A stretch of DNA of 64,000 nucleotides from Anaerolineae bacterium. Its GTDB lineage: Bacteria; Chloroflexota; Anaerolineae; JAADDB01. The translations under genes were made by a program, and so were the position numbers. Positions 18,677-28,748 of this stretch are shown one piece after another. The notes under the pieces are model-generated. The model had not been told where the DNA came from, did no database searches, and saw only the letters and a program-made list of their open reading frames with translations. The DNA is taken from the NCBI GenBank assembly GCA_015490995.1, contig WFWT01000007.1, positions 13,671 through 77,670 of the forward strand, written 5' to 3'. How positions within the stretch are numbered: position 1 is the stretch's first letter; each line of letters opens with the position of its first letter.

Positions 18677-19963
18677 ATGAGTTCTCGGGAGACAGTGTGG
18701 GAGCCAACACCTCTGGCCCGGCGCATGAGCCTGGACGAGCAGGTCGCCTACCTAATGCAAGGATGTCAGTACGGGCCGGAAGCGGATCCTGACGCGGAAC
18801 AGCTGCAACAACGTATGGCCCAGGAGCTGCGGGAACGGTTGGCCGAGTCCATGCGCACCCGACGCCCTCTCCGGGTCTACCTGGGGGTGGACCCCCGGAC
18901 ATCGGACCTGCACCTTGGACACACGGTCCCTATGCGCAAGTTGCGCCAGTTCCAGGAGTTGGGCCACACCGCGATCTTCCTTATCGGCTCCTTTACCAGC
19001 CTGGTAGGTGACCCTAGTGACAAGGACCGGGCTCGTCAGCTGATGGACATGGAAACCGTGATGGCCAACGCCCGCACGTATACGGAACAAGCCTTTAAGA
19101 TCCTGGACCCCGAGAAGACGGTAATTGAGTACAACCACAAATGGTTGAGCGAGTTGAACTTTAAGGAGTTGATTCACCTTGCCTCTCACTTTACCGTCCA
19201 GCAATTTCTCGCGCGGGAAACCTTCCGCAAACGCTACGACCGTGGCGACGCGATCTTTTTACATGAGTTCTTCTACCCGCTCATGCAGGGATACGATGCG
19301 GTAGCCCTGCGTGCCGACGTACAAATTGGGGGGACAGACCAAATCTTTAACATTGTAGTGGCAGGCCGTAAGCTTCAGGAAGCCTTTGGCCAGCGGCCCC
19401 AGGTGGCCATTATTGTACCCATCCTTCCGGGAACGGACGGCGTCATCAAGATGAGCAAGAGCCTGGGCAACCACATTCCCATCCAGGCCCCTCCTGAGGA
19501 CATGTACGGCAAGATTATGAGCTTGCCCGATCACGTAATGATCACGTATTTCAAACTGGTTACCCGCTACAAACCGGACCAGATCGCCCGCATTGAACGC
19601 GAGCTTCAGGAAGGACGGCGCCACCCGCGCGATGTCAAGATGGAGCTGGCGCGCGAAATTGTGAGCATCTTTCACGGCGAAGAGGCCGCACAGCAGGCCG
19701 AGGCCCACTTCGTACGGGTGTTTCAACACCGTGAACTCCCTGAAGAGATCCCCGAATACCGGGTTGATGCTCCTCTCCGACTGGTGGACATCATTGCCCA
19801 GGCAGGGTTGACCCGCAGCAAGAGTGAAGCACGGCGCCTCATCCAGCAGGGCGGTGTGCGCCTGGACGGAGCTCAAGTGCTGGATACCGAGATGGTCTTT
19901 ACCCCTGACGGCCGATCTCATGTTCTAAGGGTGGGTAAACGGAAGTTCCTGCGCCTGGTGTGA
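18677..19963 (+). CDS. tyrS: Tyrosine--tRNA ligase
   Basis: HLGH motif (DLHLGHTVPM), KMSKS motif, and a C-terminal S4-like domain. AAGGAGG RBS. Confidence 0.92.
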   Translation: MSSRETVWEPTPLARRMSLDEQVAYLMQGCQYGPEADPDAEQLQQRMAQELRERLAESMRTRRPLRVYLGVDPRTSDLHLGHTVPMRKLRQFQELGHTAIFLIGSFTSLVGDPSDKDRARQLMDMETVMANARTYTEQAFKILDPEKTVIEYNHKWLSELNFKELIHLASHFTVQQFLARETFRKRYDRGDAIFLHEFFYPLMQGYDAVALRADVQIGGTDQIFNIVVAGRKLQEAFGQRPQVAIIVPILPGTDGVIKMSKSLGNHIPIQAPPEDMYGKIMSLPDHVMITYFKLVTRYKPDQIARIERELQEGRRHPRDVKMELAREIVSIFHGEEAAQQAEAHFVRVFQHRELPEEIPEYRVDAPLRLVDIIAQAGLTRSKSEARRLIQQGGVRLDGAQVLDTEMVFTPDGRSHVLRVGKRKFLRLV

Positions 19964-20231
19964 TCTTATTAACAGCGATTGGTGGTTAAATTTGAACCAC
20001 CTCGCTGATCTGGTGTATACTCTGCTATCGGGCAGGTTGGAGTAGGGTGGCGTCGTGTCACGGCTTTAAGGGGTTCTGAATACGGCGAAGGGGCACCGCA
20101 GCCACGCCGTAATAAGTGGGTGTGACATCCCCCAGGCACCTTCGCAGCCGCGGTATGGTGTTCCCGGCATCGGCTTATCCATCTGCCGGGCGCCGACTTA
20201 AGCATGTCAGACCACACCGGGACGAGCAACA

Positions 20232-21131
20232 ATGGACCCCATTATCCGACTTGAACACGTATGGCACATTTATTCGGCCCAGGGTGAACGCCCCATTGAA
20301 GCGTTGCGCGATATTTCCCTGCGCATCTACCCTGGGGAGTATGTGGTTATCCTGGGCCGAAACGGGAGTGGCAAGAGCACCCTGGCCAAACACTTCAACG
20401 GCATTCTCCTGCCCACCCGCGGGGATGTCTGGGTGAAGGAATGGAACACGAAGGACCTCCAACACAAGTTGGCTATCCGTTCCACCGTAGGGCTGGTGTT
20501 CCAGAACCCGGACAATCAGATCGTCGCCACTATTGTGGAAGAGGACGTGGCCTTCGGGCCGGAAAACCTGGGAATTCCCCACGCGGAGCTGCGTCGGCGG
20601 GTGGATTGGGCCCTGGAACTGGTGGGCATGACCCCATATCGGTACCGTCCCCCACATCACCTTAGCGGGGGACAGAAGCAACGCATCGCCATAGCCGGTA
20701 TTATGGCGATGAAGCCCGAGGTGTTGGTGCTGGACGAAAGCACTGCGTTGTTGGACCCTCGCGGTCGCCGCGAGATTTTAGACATTGTGCAGCGGCTCCA
20801 CCGCCAAGAAGGGGTGACGGTGGTGGCCATCACCCACTTTATGGACGAAGCGATTTGGGCGGACCGCATTGTCGTGCTGGATGAAGGACGGTTGGTGATG
20901 AGCGGCTCGCCCGAGGAGATATTCAGCCAGCCGGACCGTTTGCGAGATCACGGGTTGGATGTGCCCCCCGTGACCGAGTTGGCCCGCCGCCTGCACCGCC
21001 ATTTCCCTGAAATACCACCAGCCGTCCTGCGTGTGGAGGAGCTGGTGACGGCGGTACGTGATCTTTACGCTCGCCGGTTTGTGCCCACCGCTATGCACAG
21101 TGAGACGGCCCAGCAAGAACACCGGCCGTGA
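20232..21131 (+). CDS. ecfA1: Energy-coupling factor transporter ATPase EcfA1
   Basis: Walker A GRNGSGKSTL, ABC signature LSGGQKQR, Walker B VLVLDEST, and EcfA-type N- and C-termini. Confidence 0.9.
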   Translation: MDPIIRLEHVWHIYSAQGERPIEALRDISLRIYPGEYVVILGRNGSGKSTLAKHFNGILLPTRGDVWVKEWNTKDLQHKLAIRSTVGLVFQNPDNQIVATIVEEDVAFGPENLGIPHAELRRRVDWALELVGMTPYRYRPPHHLSGGQKQRIAIAGIMAMKPEVLVLDESTALLDPRGRREILDIVQRLHRQEGVTVVAITHFMDEAIWADRIVVLDEGRLVMSGSPEEIFSQPDRLRDHGLDVPPVTELARRLHRHFPEIPPAVLRVEELVTAVRDLYARRFVPTAMHSETAQQEHRP

Positions 21132-22021
21132 GGAAGAGGCGTCCTGTGGCCGAAAAGGTGGTAGATATCCAGGACCTGGAATACTGGTATATGCAAGGTA
21201 CACCCATGGAAGTGCAGGCCCTGAAAGGGGCTCACTTCGACGTGTACCGCGGGGAAGTGGTGGCAGTCCTAGGTCACACAGGCAGCGGCAAGAGCACCCT
21301 CATCCAACACCTGAACGGCCTGTTACGTCCTCATAAAGGTCACGTGCGTGTGCTGGAGTATGATCTCACCGACCCCAACGTCGATGTCAAAGCGCTGCGT
21401 CGCCGTGTAGGCCTGGTCTTCCAGTTTCCCGAGGCCCAACTCTTTGAGCGTTATGTGGGAGATGACGTGGCATTCGGTCCCCGGCAACTCGGCTTGAGCC
21501 GGGAAGAGGTCCGTGAACGGGTACGTACGGCTATGAACGCGGTGGGCCTGGATTTCGAAACCTACAAGGACCGGTTTACCTTTTCCTTAAGTGGGGGGGA
21601 GAAACGCCGCGCAGCCCTGGCCGGCGTGTTGGCCCTCCGCCCCGAAATTCTTGTCCTGGATGAGCCTACCGCTGGCCTGGACCCAGAAGGACGCCGACTC
21701 ATCCTGAACCTCATCCGACGCCTGAAGGAGGAATGGGAGCTGACCCTCATCTTAGTAACACACGATATGGATACGGTGGCCGAGATGGCGGACCGCTGTT
21801 TTGTGCTGGCCGACGGGCGCACCGTGCTTTCGGGTACCCCGCGCGAGGTGTTTGCTCATCCAGAGGTGCTGCGTGAGCTGGCGTTGGACTTGCCCCACCC
21901 CACGGAGGTAACCCACCGACTGGCCGCGACAGGCGTGCCCGTACGGCCGGATGCCCTCACCCTGGATGAAGCGGAAACAGCTATCCGACATGTGTTGGCC
22001 AACGGGAGCGCGAATACGTAG
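21128..22021 (+). CDS. ecfA2: Energy-coupling factor transporter ATPase EcfA2
   Basis: Walker A GHTGSGKSTL, signature LSGGEKRR, Walker B ILVLDEPTAGLD. The start (GTG at 21128, overlapping the ecfA1 stop, or GTG at 21146) is uncertain. Confidence 0.9.
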   Translation: MRKRRPVAEKVVDIQDLEYWYMQGTPMEVQALKGAHFDVYRGEVVAVLGHTGSGKSTLIQHLNGLLRPHKGHVRVLEYDLTDPNVDVKALRRRVGLVFQFPEAQLFERYVGDDVAFGPRQLGLSREEVRERVRTAMNAVGLDFETYKDRFTFSLSGGEKRRAALAGVLALRPEILVLDEPTAGLDPEGRRLILNLIRRLKEEWELTLILVTHDMDTVAEMADRCFVLADGRTVLSGTPREVFAHPEVLRELALDLPHPTEVTHRLAATGVPVRPDALTLDEAETAIRHVLANGSANT

Positions 22022-22055
22022 CTCCTGTCGGATTCGGTGAAGGGAGGCGGACGTC

Positions 22056-22913
22056 GTGGAAGAGTTTGAAATCCGACGGTACATCACCATCGGTCAGTAC
22101 CTGCCTCTCAATTCGCCTATTCACCGGCTGGACCCGCGGTTCAAACTGGTGGCGTTCACCATCCTCATCGCCGCGGTGACGTTTACTCCGACCTATCTGG
22201 GCAACGCGGTACTGCTGGCCATTGTGTCCTTGCTGGTGGTCGTGGCCCGGGTTCCCTTCCGGTACGCGTTGAGCGGTTTGCGACCGGCCTTGCCGGTGCT
22301 CCTGCTGCTGATGGCGTTACAGATGGCGTTCTACACGGAAGGTTTTGCCCGCGGGGTTGCGGGTGCATGTGTAAGTGTATTGGACCTCTGGTTCATTCAC
22401 GTGACCACGTGTAGCATCAAGCTCGCGCTCGTCTCCGCCGCCCGGTTTGTTGAACTCCTTATGCTGACCAGCCTCCTCACGCTAACCACGACTACCACCG
22501 AGCTGGCCCATGGGATTGAGCGTTTGTTCAGCCCATTGCAAGCCCGTTTTAACTTCCCTGCCCATGAGCTCGCGTTAATCTTCACCATTGCCATGCGCTT
22601 TGTGCCGACCTTCGCGGAGGAACTCGAGCGCATCATGAAAGCGCAGGTCTCCCGCGGGGCCGATCTGGGACAACGTGGGCGTTTGCGCTTCATTCAGCAG
22701 ACCAAGGCATTATTGCCGGTACTGGTCCCCCTTTTCATGAGCGCCTTCCGCCGGGCGGAGGACTTGATCCTGGCTATGGAAGCTCGGTGTTACGTGGGCG
22801 GTCGTGGTCGTACGCACTTCACCCAGTTGCGGAGTACACCGCAAGATTATTTCGCGGTCGCGGCCGCGTTCCTCCTGGCCGTGCTGGTGTTGAGCACGCC
22901 GTGGCCCTGGTGA
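22056..22913 (+). CDS. ecfT: Energy-coupling factor transporter transmembrane protein EcfT (CbiQ family)
   Basis: Multi-TM protein with the EcfT coupling-helix region (...ARFNFPAHELALIFTIAMRFVPTFAEELERIMKAQVSRGAD...). GGAGG RBS before the GTG start. Confidence 0.85.
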   Translation: MEEFEIRRYITIGQYLPLNSPIHRLDPRFKLVAFTILIAAVTFTPTYLGNAVLLAIVSLLVVVARVPFRYALSGLRPALPVLLLLMALQMAFYTEGFARGVAGACVSVLDLWFIHVTTCSIKLALVSAARFVELLMLTSLLTLTTTTTELAHGIERLFSPLQARFNFPAHELALIFTIAMRFVPTFAEELERIMKAQVSRGADLGQRGRLRFIQQTKALLPVLVPLFMSAFRRAEDLILAMEARCYVGGRGRTHFTQLRSTPQDYFAVAAAFLLAVLVLSTPWPW

Positions 22914-22970
22914 CGCAAGGGAACGTCACGGATCCCGAAAGCCCACAACCCGATGGGGAGGAAACGTACC

Positions 22971-24206
22971 ATGCTCACAGACCTCGAAAAGCATGTGCTG
23001 GCCCACATCGACGAGGAGTTGGTCATCCGTTGGACCCAGACCATGGTGCGCATGGACAGTGTCCCCCGTCCGGGCCGGAAGGACGTGGAGACAGAGGTAG
23101 CCCAGTGGGTCAAAGCCCGTTGTCAAGAGATAGGCCTGGAAACCCACTTCGAATGGGCCGCACCCGGACGCCCCAACGTGATCGCGCTGTGGCGTGGCAG
23201 CGAAGGGCACCGCCGGCTGCTCTTCGAAGGCCATACTGACGTGGTGACCGAAGGTGACCCCAACGCGTGGCATTACGATCCTTTCGGCGGCGAGATCGTC
23301 AATAACCGCATTTACGGCCGAGGAGCCTGTGACATGAAAGGCGGGCTGGCCGCAGCCATGGGGGCCATTAAGGCCCTGGTCGACAGCGGTGTGCACCTGC
23401 GGGGGGACATCCTCTTCGCCGCGTTGGCAGATGAAGAGGGGCTGATGTTAGGGGTCAAGGACTTCGTCCGCCGCGGCTGGGCAGAAAAGGTCACCGCAGC
23501 CATTGTGTGTGAACCGGAGGATAACCGGCTGTGTATCGCTCAAAAGGGAGTGATGTGGGTGGACGTGTGCACCAGGGGCAAGATGGCCCACGGTGCCATG
23601 CCCTTTACTGGATTAAACCCCATCACTCGTATGGCCCGTTTCCTCACCGCAGCCGAGGACCTAGAGGACGAATACCGCTCACGTTACGGGACTCACCCCT
23701 ATTTGGGGGCTCCTTCTATCAGCCCAACGCGCATTCACGCGCCTGAGGAAGAGCACGGTACTAATAACGTTATACCTGGGACATGTCGAGCAACCCTGGA
23801 CATTCGCCTCATTCCGGGCCAGGACCCCGATCAGGTACTGGACGATCTTAACAACGCGGCGGAGAAGGTGGCTGAACGCTATGAAATGTTCACCATCGAA
23901 TTCACGACGATAGATGCGCGCCCTCCGACCGAAACCCCTCGGGAAGAACCGGTGGTCCAAGCCCTGGCGCAGGCATTTCGGGACGTGACGGGCAAGGAGC
24001 CGGAATACGGGGGCGTGCCCGGCAGTACAGACGGTACCATTTTGGCGCACTGGGCCGGTGTGCCAGTGGTCACCTGCGGTCCAGGCAATACCTTCCTGCC
24101 TCACCAGGTGGACGAGTACCTGGACATCGATCAACTGCTGACGGCCACCCGCCTGTACGCGGTAGCAGCCATGCGCTATCTGGGCGTGGTAGAGGAAGGA
24201 CGATGA
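22971..24206 (+). CDS. M20 family metallopeptidase / ArgE-DapE-type deacylase
   Basis: Metal-binding motifs of the M20 family (HTDVV..., GACDMKGG, ...DEEG..., ...GSTDG). GGGGAGG RBS before the ATG at 22971. Confidence 0.85.
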   Translation: MLTDLEKHVLAHIDEELVIRWTQTMVRMDSVPRPGRKDVETEVAQWVKARCQEIGLETHFEWAAPGRPNVIALWRGSEGHRRLLFEGHTDVVTEGDPNAWHYDPFGGEIVNNRIYGRGACDMKGGLAAAMGAIKALVDSGVHLRGDILFAALADEEGLMLGVKDFVRRGWAEKVTAAIVCEPEDNRLCIAQKGVMWVDVCTRGKMAHGAMPFTGLNPITRMARFLTAAEDLEDEYRSRYGTHPYLGAPSISPTRIHAPEEEHGTNNVIPGTCRATLDIRLIPGQDPDQVLDDLNNAAEKVAERYEMFTIEFTTIDARPPTETPREEPVVQALAQAFRDVTGKEPEYGGVPGSTDGTILAHWAGVPVVTCGPGNTFLPHQVDEYLDIDQLLTATRLYAVAAMRYLGVVEEGR

Positions 24207-25162
24207 ACGGCACGTTGACGGACGTTTCCGGTATTCGGGTAGGACATTATACCGACCTGGAGGCAGCAACCGGGTGTACGGTCGTGCTTACCCCTGAAGG
24301 CGCTCGGGCAAGTGTGGATGTGCGAGGAGCCGCACCGGGCACCCGAGAGACCGATCTCCTGCAGCCGGGCCGTCTGGTGGACACCGTTCACGCGATCCTG
24401 TTGACCGGGGGATCCGCCTTTGGCCTGGCAGCCGCGGATGGGGTAATGCGATGGCTGGAGGAGCGAGGTTATGGGTTCGACACCGGCGTAGCGCGCGTGC
24501 CCATTGTGCCCGCAGCCGTGCTCTTTGACCTGGCCGTTGGTCGCGCGGACGTACGACCTGGCCCTGAGGCTGGATACGCGGCGTGCGAAGCAGCAACAAC
24601 CGACCCGGTGCCCATGGGCAACGTGGGCGCGGGAACCGGAGCCACCGTGGGCAAGCTATTGGGCATGCGATACGCGATGAAGGGAGGAATCGGCAGTGCC
24701 AGCGTGCGCTTGGCCAACGGCGTGGTGGTGGCCGCGTTGGCCGCCGTTAACGCGCTGGGCGATGTGGTGGACCCGGCTACCGGGAGTATCTTAGCGGGTA
24801 CCCGCAAACCGGTAGTAGGAGGATTCCTCAACACTGCAGCAGCTCTGCGCGGTCATCTTGGACAAACGGTGTTAGAACTAATGAGCGGCAATACCACTTT
24901 GGTGGTCGTAGCCACCAATGCACGGTTGGACAAAGCGTCGCTCTTGACGCTGGCCGGGATGGCCCATGATGGCCTAGCACGAGCCATCCGACCGGTTCAC
25001 ACGATGTTAGATGGGGATACCGTTTTTGCCCTGTCCACGGGGGATGCGGAGGGTAACCTGACGGCCATCGGTGCGGCCGCGGCCGATGTGGTAGCAGAGG
25101 CTATTGTTCAGGCGGTAAAGCGGGCAGAACCCCTGCACGGTATTCCGGCATGTACCACGTGA
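24203..25162 (+). CDS. P1 (S58, DmpA/OAT-superfamily) aminopeptidase family protein
   Basis: The DmpA-like sequence (VRVGHYTD...GCTVVL...GAAPGTRETDLL...ILLTGGSAFGLAAADGV) starts with an ATGA overlap with the M20 gene stop. Confidence 0.75.
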   Translation: MNGTLTDVSGIRVGHYTDLEAATGCTVVLTPEGARASVDVRGAAPGTRETDLLQPGRLVDTVHAILLTGGSAFGLAAADGVMRWLEERGYGFDTGVARVPIVPAAVLFDLAVGRADVRPGPEAGYAACEAATTDPVPMGNVGAGTGATVGKLLGMRYAMKGGIGSASVRLANGVVVAALAAVNALGDVVDPATGSILAGTRKPVVGGFLNTAAALRGHLGQTVLELMSGNTTLVVVATNARLDKASLLTLAGMAHDGLARAIRPVHTMLDGDTVFALSTGDAEGNLTAIGAAAADVVAEAIVQAVKRAEPLHGIPACTT

Positions 25163-25286
25163 ACCTGCAGGAAACCTTTCCGGAGAAGGGAGGTGAGAAG
25201 CGCACACACGTTAAGATGACCATCCCCCACAACGGTTCGTCACGTTCGAGGGACAGTGATTGGGAACACACCGAGGAGGTAGAGCC

Positions 25287-25838
25287 ATGACCCAGACGGC
25301 ACCGGTATTATCTGTGCGCAAGATCGTCATCACGGGCATTTTGGCCGCCATCGCAATACTTCTCGGCGCGACACGCATCGGTTTTATCCCTGTACCCAAC
25401 ATTTCCGGCAACGCGACCATCATGCACGTCCCGGCCATTCTGGGTGGAGTCATGGAAGGACCCCTGGTGGGCGCGCTGATCGGTACCATTTTCGGCCTGT
25501 TCAGCTTTCTGCAAGCCACGTCCCCGTTGTTTAAGAACCCGCTGGTCTCGGTGTTCCCGCGCATTTGGATAGGGGTGGTGGCGTATTACGCGTATGTGGG
25601 TGGTCGTCGTGCGTTTGGCGAGATACCCGGCCTGGCAATAGCCGGCGTGCTGGGGTCCTTGACCAACACCGTCCTGGTGCTCGGGATGGCGGTGCTGGTC
25701 AAATTGCTACCGGTAGAGGCCATTCCACCTATCATACCGCAAGCGATCGCCGAGGCCATCATTGCCGCGTTCATTACCGTGTTCGTGGTGGGTGGTTTGA
25801 GATTACTGGAATCCGGTCGGGGTGGTGCATCGGTGTAA
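25287..25838 (+). CDS. ECF transporter S component (substrate-capture subunit, specificity unknown)
   Basis: 183 aa, 5-6 TM helices, and the Gly-rich S-component pattern (ATIMHVPAILGGVMEGPLVGALIGTIFGL). GAGGAGG RBS. Same strand as, and downstream of, ecfA1-ecfA2-ecfT. Confidence 0.65.
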   Translation: MTQTAPVLSVRKIVITGILAAIAILLGATRIGFIPVPNISGNATIMHVPAILGGVMEGPLVGALIGTIFGLFSFLQATSPLFKNPLVSVFPRIWIGVVAYYAYVGGRRAFGEIPGLAIAGVLGSLTNTVLVLGMAVLVKLLPVEAIPPIIPQAIAEAIIAAFITVFVVGGLRLLESGRGGASV

Positions 25839-25849
25839 ACGCGGACACG

Positions 25850-25877
25850 CGGGGGCGCCGCATGGTCGGCGCCCCCG
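25850..25877 (+). terminator. GC-rich hairpin (11-bp stem CGGGGGCGCCG / CGGCGCCCCCG, 6-nt loop); likely terminator of the ECF operon
   Basis: Perfect inverted repeat 12 nt after the S-component stop, followed by GGTTGATCT (a weak U-tract). Confidence 0.45.
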
Positions 25878-26042
25878 GTTGATCTCAGGGACAGTCGTGG
25901 TGTCGTAGCTGTCCACATGTCGAGAGCATTCGGAAATGCACGGCCTGTGAAGGACTCACAGGGGGATGGGGAGGGAGTGAGGGCTAAAAGTCCGACATAG
26001 CAGTCAGTTTCCGACCGCTCTCTATATCCTAAATATTACGCC

Positions 26043-28748
26043 ATGGGAGCCCAATTGCTTCAAGCGCTCTCCTTTCTCCTCCACAACGCAGCCGTTCTGG
26101 TGGCGATGGGGGTCCTGGTCAACGTGCTGGGAACCTACGTTCCACCTCGTCATTCCCTGCGCCGTACCCTGTACACCGGCATAGCCCTGGCCGTGATCAC
26201 GTTGACGGTTATGTTGACCCGCTGGGAGTATATGCCTGGCATCCTGTTGGACGCGCGGGCAGTGGTCCTTTCCCTCGCGGGGTTGTTCTTTGGAACCGTC
26301 CCCGCTGTTATAGCGGCCATCGCGGCGTTAGCCTTACGGGTATATGAAGGCGGTTCGGGAATGTGGGCCGGGGTGGGACTTATCCTCTCCTCGGTAGGGA
26401 TTGGCGTCCTGTGGCGGCGTTTGCGGCCAAAGGATCCTGTGGATCGCTCCCTCCTGGAGCTTTATCTGTTCGGGGTAGTTGTACACGTTAACATGCTCTT
26501 GTGGGCCTTTGTGTTCCCGTTGCCCACCGCGCTGGCCATTCTTCGCACCATCGCCTTGCCGGTGTTGATTATTTACCCCCTTGCCACCGTCCTCTTTGGC
26601 TGGGTGATCATCGCCGGAGAAGACCGACGACGCACAGAAGAAGCGTTGCGGGTCAGTGAACAACGATACCGCCATTTGTTTGAACGTGTGCCCATTGGCC
26701 TTTATCGGTCCACGCCGGACGGCCGCATTCTGGAGGCGAATCCTGCACTGGCCCGGATTTACGGCTTTCCCTCGGTAGAAGCATTGCTCCAGGTGAGCGC
26801 CTACGACCTGTACGTTGATCCTGAAGAACGCCATCGCTGGTTGGATACGTTACAGGAACAGGACGTCGTCCGACACTACGAGCTACGCCAACGGCGAGCG
26901 GATGGACGCATCATTTGGGTACGGGATACTGCCCGCGTGGTTCGTGATGCCGAGGGTAAGGTCCTTTACTACGAGGGGAGCATTGAGGACATTACGGCGC
27001 TTAAGGAGGCCGAAGAGGAACGACAACGTCTGCTGCACAAAGCCCAACGCCAAGCAGCGTATCTGGCCACCCTTAACGAAATTATCATCGCCACCGCGGC
27101 GGCCACTAACGAAGTGGCCCTGTTGAGAGCCATCCAGGAACAGGTCCAACGGGCAGTGCAGGCCGCTTACGTGGTCATCCGCATGGACCAATTGACCGTG
27201 AACACCCAGGCTCCAGCCCCCATTTGTGACGCGTTGCTCTCCGTGGCCTCGCGGGTTATGTCGATCCTCGAGGAATCCTTGGCCGTGTCAGATTGGCGGA
27301 CTCCTCCGGAAGGTGCGTTGTGGCAAGAGGTAGCTGCGTCCCTGCGCGAGCACGGCATTCAGGCCACGGCCTTTGTGCCCATCCGCGGGCACCGACATGC
27401 GCCTGGCCTCCTTGTCGTTGCGGATACGACCCCCCGTGAGTGGAGCGCGGACACCCTCGCGCTGTTATGCGCCGCGGCACAGCACTTAAGCACAGCTTAC
27501 GAACGGGTTCGCATGTTCGCGGAAGCCCAGCAGCGCGCCACACGGGTCGGCCTCTTGACCACCCTCGCGGAAACCCTGAACCGTCCCAACAACGTGGATG
27601 ACGTTATCCAGGCCATTGGGGAAGGTGCTCGACGCCTTAGTGAAGCCGACCGGGTAGCCCTGTTCGTCCGTCAACCGGATGATTCGTTCATCTGCGCGTG
27701 GCGGCACAACATTTCGTCCTGGTACACCGACGCGGTGCTGGCGAACCTGGAGCACCTGCCCGGACGCTCCCTGGTGACCCGTACGGAGACGGTGTTTATC
27801 CCTGACACTCACCAGTGGCCCCAGGACAGTGTATTGCGCTCCATTGCAGACCGGGAGGGATATCGTGCGCTGGCCGTGTGGCCCCTTATTTATGAAGGGC
27901 GTACCATTGCCGCTGTGGCGTGTTACTACAATCAACCGCGCACGTGGTCGACCCTGGACAAGGAGCTCATGGAAACCTTCAGCCGGCAGGCTGCAGTCGC
28001 CCTGCGAAATGCCCAACTCCTGGCGGATCTGGAACGCACGAACGCCGCGTTGCGAGAAGCCCTGCAAACGCGTGAGGATATCCTGCGCAACGTGACGCAC
28101 GAATTGCGCACGCCGTTGACCCTCATTCGCGGGTATGCAGAACTCTTGCAAGACAACCTTCTGGCCACCCCCGAAGAACAACAGACCGCGGCTCAGGCCA
28201 TTTACCTCCATGCCCGCCACCTGGAGCACCTGATTGAACAGCTGTTGATCTTCCAGCGTTTGCAGCGCGACATCCACTATCAGGAAGTGATCGACGTGGC
28301 CGCTTGGTTACAGGACGTGCTCACCTCATGGGAGGCCGCGCTCGCGCAGGCGCACCTTGCTCTGCGGGTGGAGATCCCGCCCTTTGTGGGCAAAGTGCGC
28401 GGCCATCGGGACTTCCTCAACCAGGTGATGTATAACCTCCTGGACAACGCTCGCAAGTTCAGCCCCGACGGAGGGACGGTGACCGTTCGGGCGTGGATGG
28501 AAGGGGATTGGGTGTACATCCAGGTGGCCGATCAGGGCGTGGGTATTCCTAAGGAGAAGTTATCCCGCATCTTCGACCGGTTTTATCAGGTGGACCCCAG
28601 CACCACCCGACGTTTTGGGGGGATGGGCCTGGGGTTGGCCCTGGTGAAGGAGATTGTGGAACGCCACGGGGGAGAGGTGTGGGCGGAAAGTGGAGGGCCC
28701 GGGCATGGGGCACGTTTTACGTTCCGGCTTCCCCTGGCGCCCGGCTAA
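26043..28748 (+). CDS. Multidomain sensor histidine kinase: N-terminal 5-TM (LytS-type 5TMR-like) sensor, PAS, two GAF-like domains, HisKA, HATPase_c
   Basis: An N-terminal about 190-aa polytopic region; a PAS domain (LFERVPIGLYRSTPDGRILEANPALARIYGF...); an H-box (NVTHELRTPLTLIRGYAELL); and an ATPase region (LDNARKFSPDGGTVTV...DQGVGIP...GGMGLGLALVKEIVERHGGEVW). Confidence 0.85.
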   Translation: MGAQLLQALSFLLHNAAVLVAMGVLVNVLGTYVPPRHSLRRTLYTGIALAVITLTVMLTRWEYMPGILLDARAVVLSLAGLFFGTVPAVIAAIAALALRVYEGGSGMWAGVGLILSSVGIGVLWRRLRPKDPVDRSLLELYLFGVVVHVNMLLWAFVFPLPTALAILRTIALPVLIIYPLATVLFGWVIIAGEDRRRTEEALRVSEQRYRHLFERVPIGLYRSTPDGRILEANPALARIYGFPSVEALLQVSAYDLYVDPEERHRWLDTLQEQDVVRHYELRQRRADGRIIWVRDTARVVRDAEGKVLYYEGSIEDITALKEAEEERQRLLHKAQRQAAYLATLNEIIIATAAATNEVALLRAIQEQVQRAVQAAYVVIRMDQLTVNTQAPAPICDALLSVASRVMSILEESLAVSDWRTPPEGALWQEVAASLREHGIQATAFVPIRGHRHAPGLLVVADTTPREWSADTLALLCAAAQHLSTAYERVRMFAEAQQRATRVGLLTTLAETLNRPNNVDDVIQAIGEGARRLSEADRVALFVRQPDDSFICAWRHNISSWYTDAVLANLEHLPGRSLVTRTETVFIPDTHQWPQDSVLRSIADREGYRALAVWPLIYEGRTIAAVACYYNQPRTWSTLDKELMETFSRQAAVALRNAQLLADLERTNAALREALQTREDILRNVTHELRTPLTLIRGYAELLQDNLLATPEEQQTAAQAIYLHARHLEHLIEQLLIFQRLQRDIHYQEVIDVAAWLQDVLTSWEAALAQAHLALRVEIPPFVGKVRGHRDFLNQVMYNLLDNARKFSPDGGTVTVRAWMEGDWVYIQVADQGVGIPKEKLSRIFDRFYQVDPSTTRRFGGMGLGLALVKEIVERHGGEVWAESGGPGHGARFTFRLPLAPG

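Noticed and set aside
19964-20231. Possible tRNA or other small structured RNA gene in the 268-nt tyrS-ecfA1 spacer
   Set aside because: I could not identify a cloverleaf, a T-loop (GGTTCGAnTCC) or a CCA end. Only a 7-bp hairpin (19981-20001), probably a weak tyrS terminator, was found.
25163-25286. Possible riboswitch in front of the ECF S-component gene
   Set aside because: The spacer is only 124 nt. It shows no recognisable conserved riboswitch core (such as THI-box, FMN, cobalamin, preQ1) and no terminator/antiterminator pair. It is more likely plain inter-cistronic sequence within the operon.
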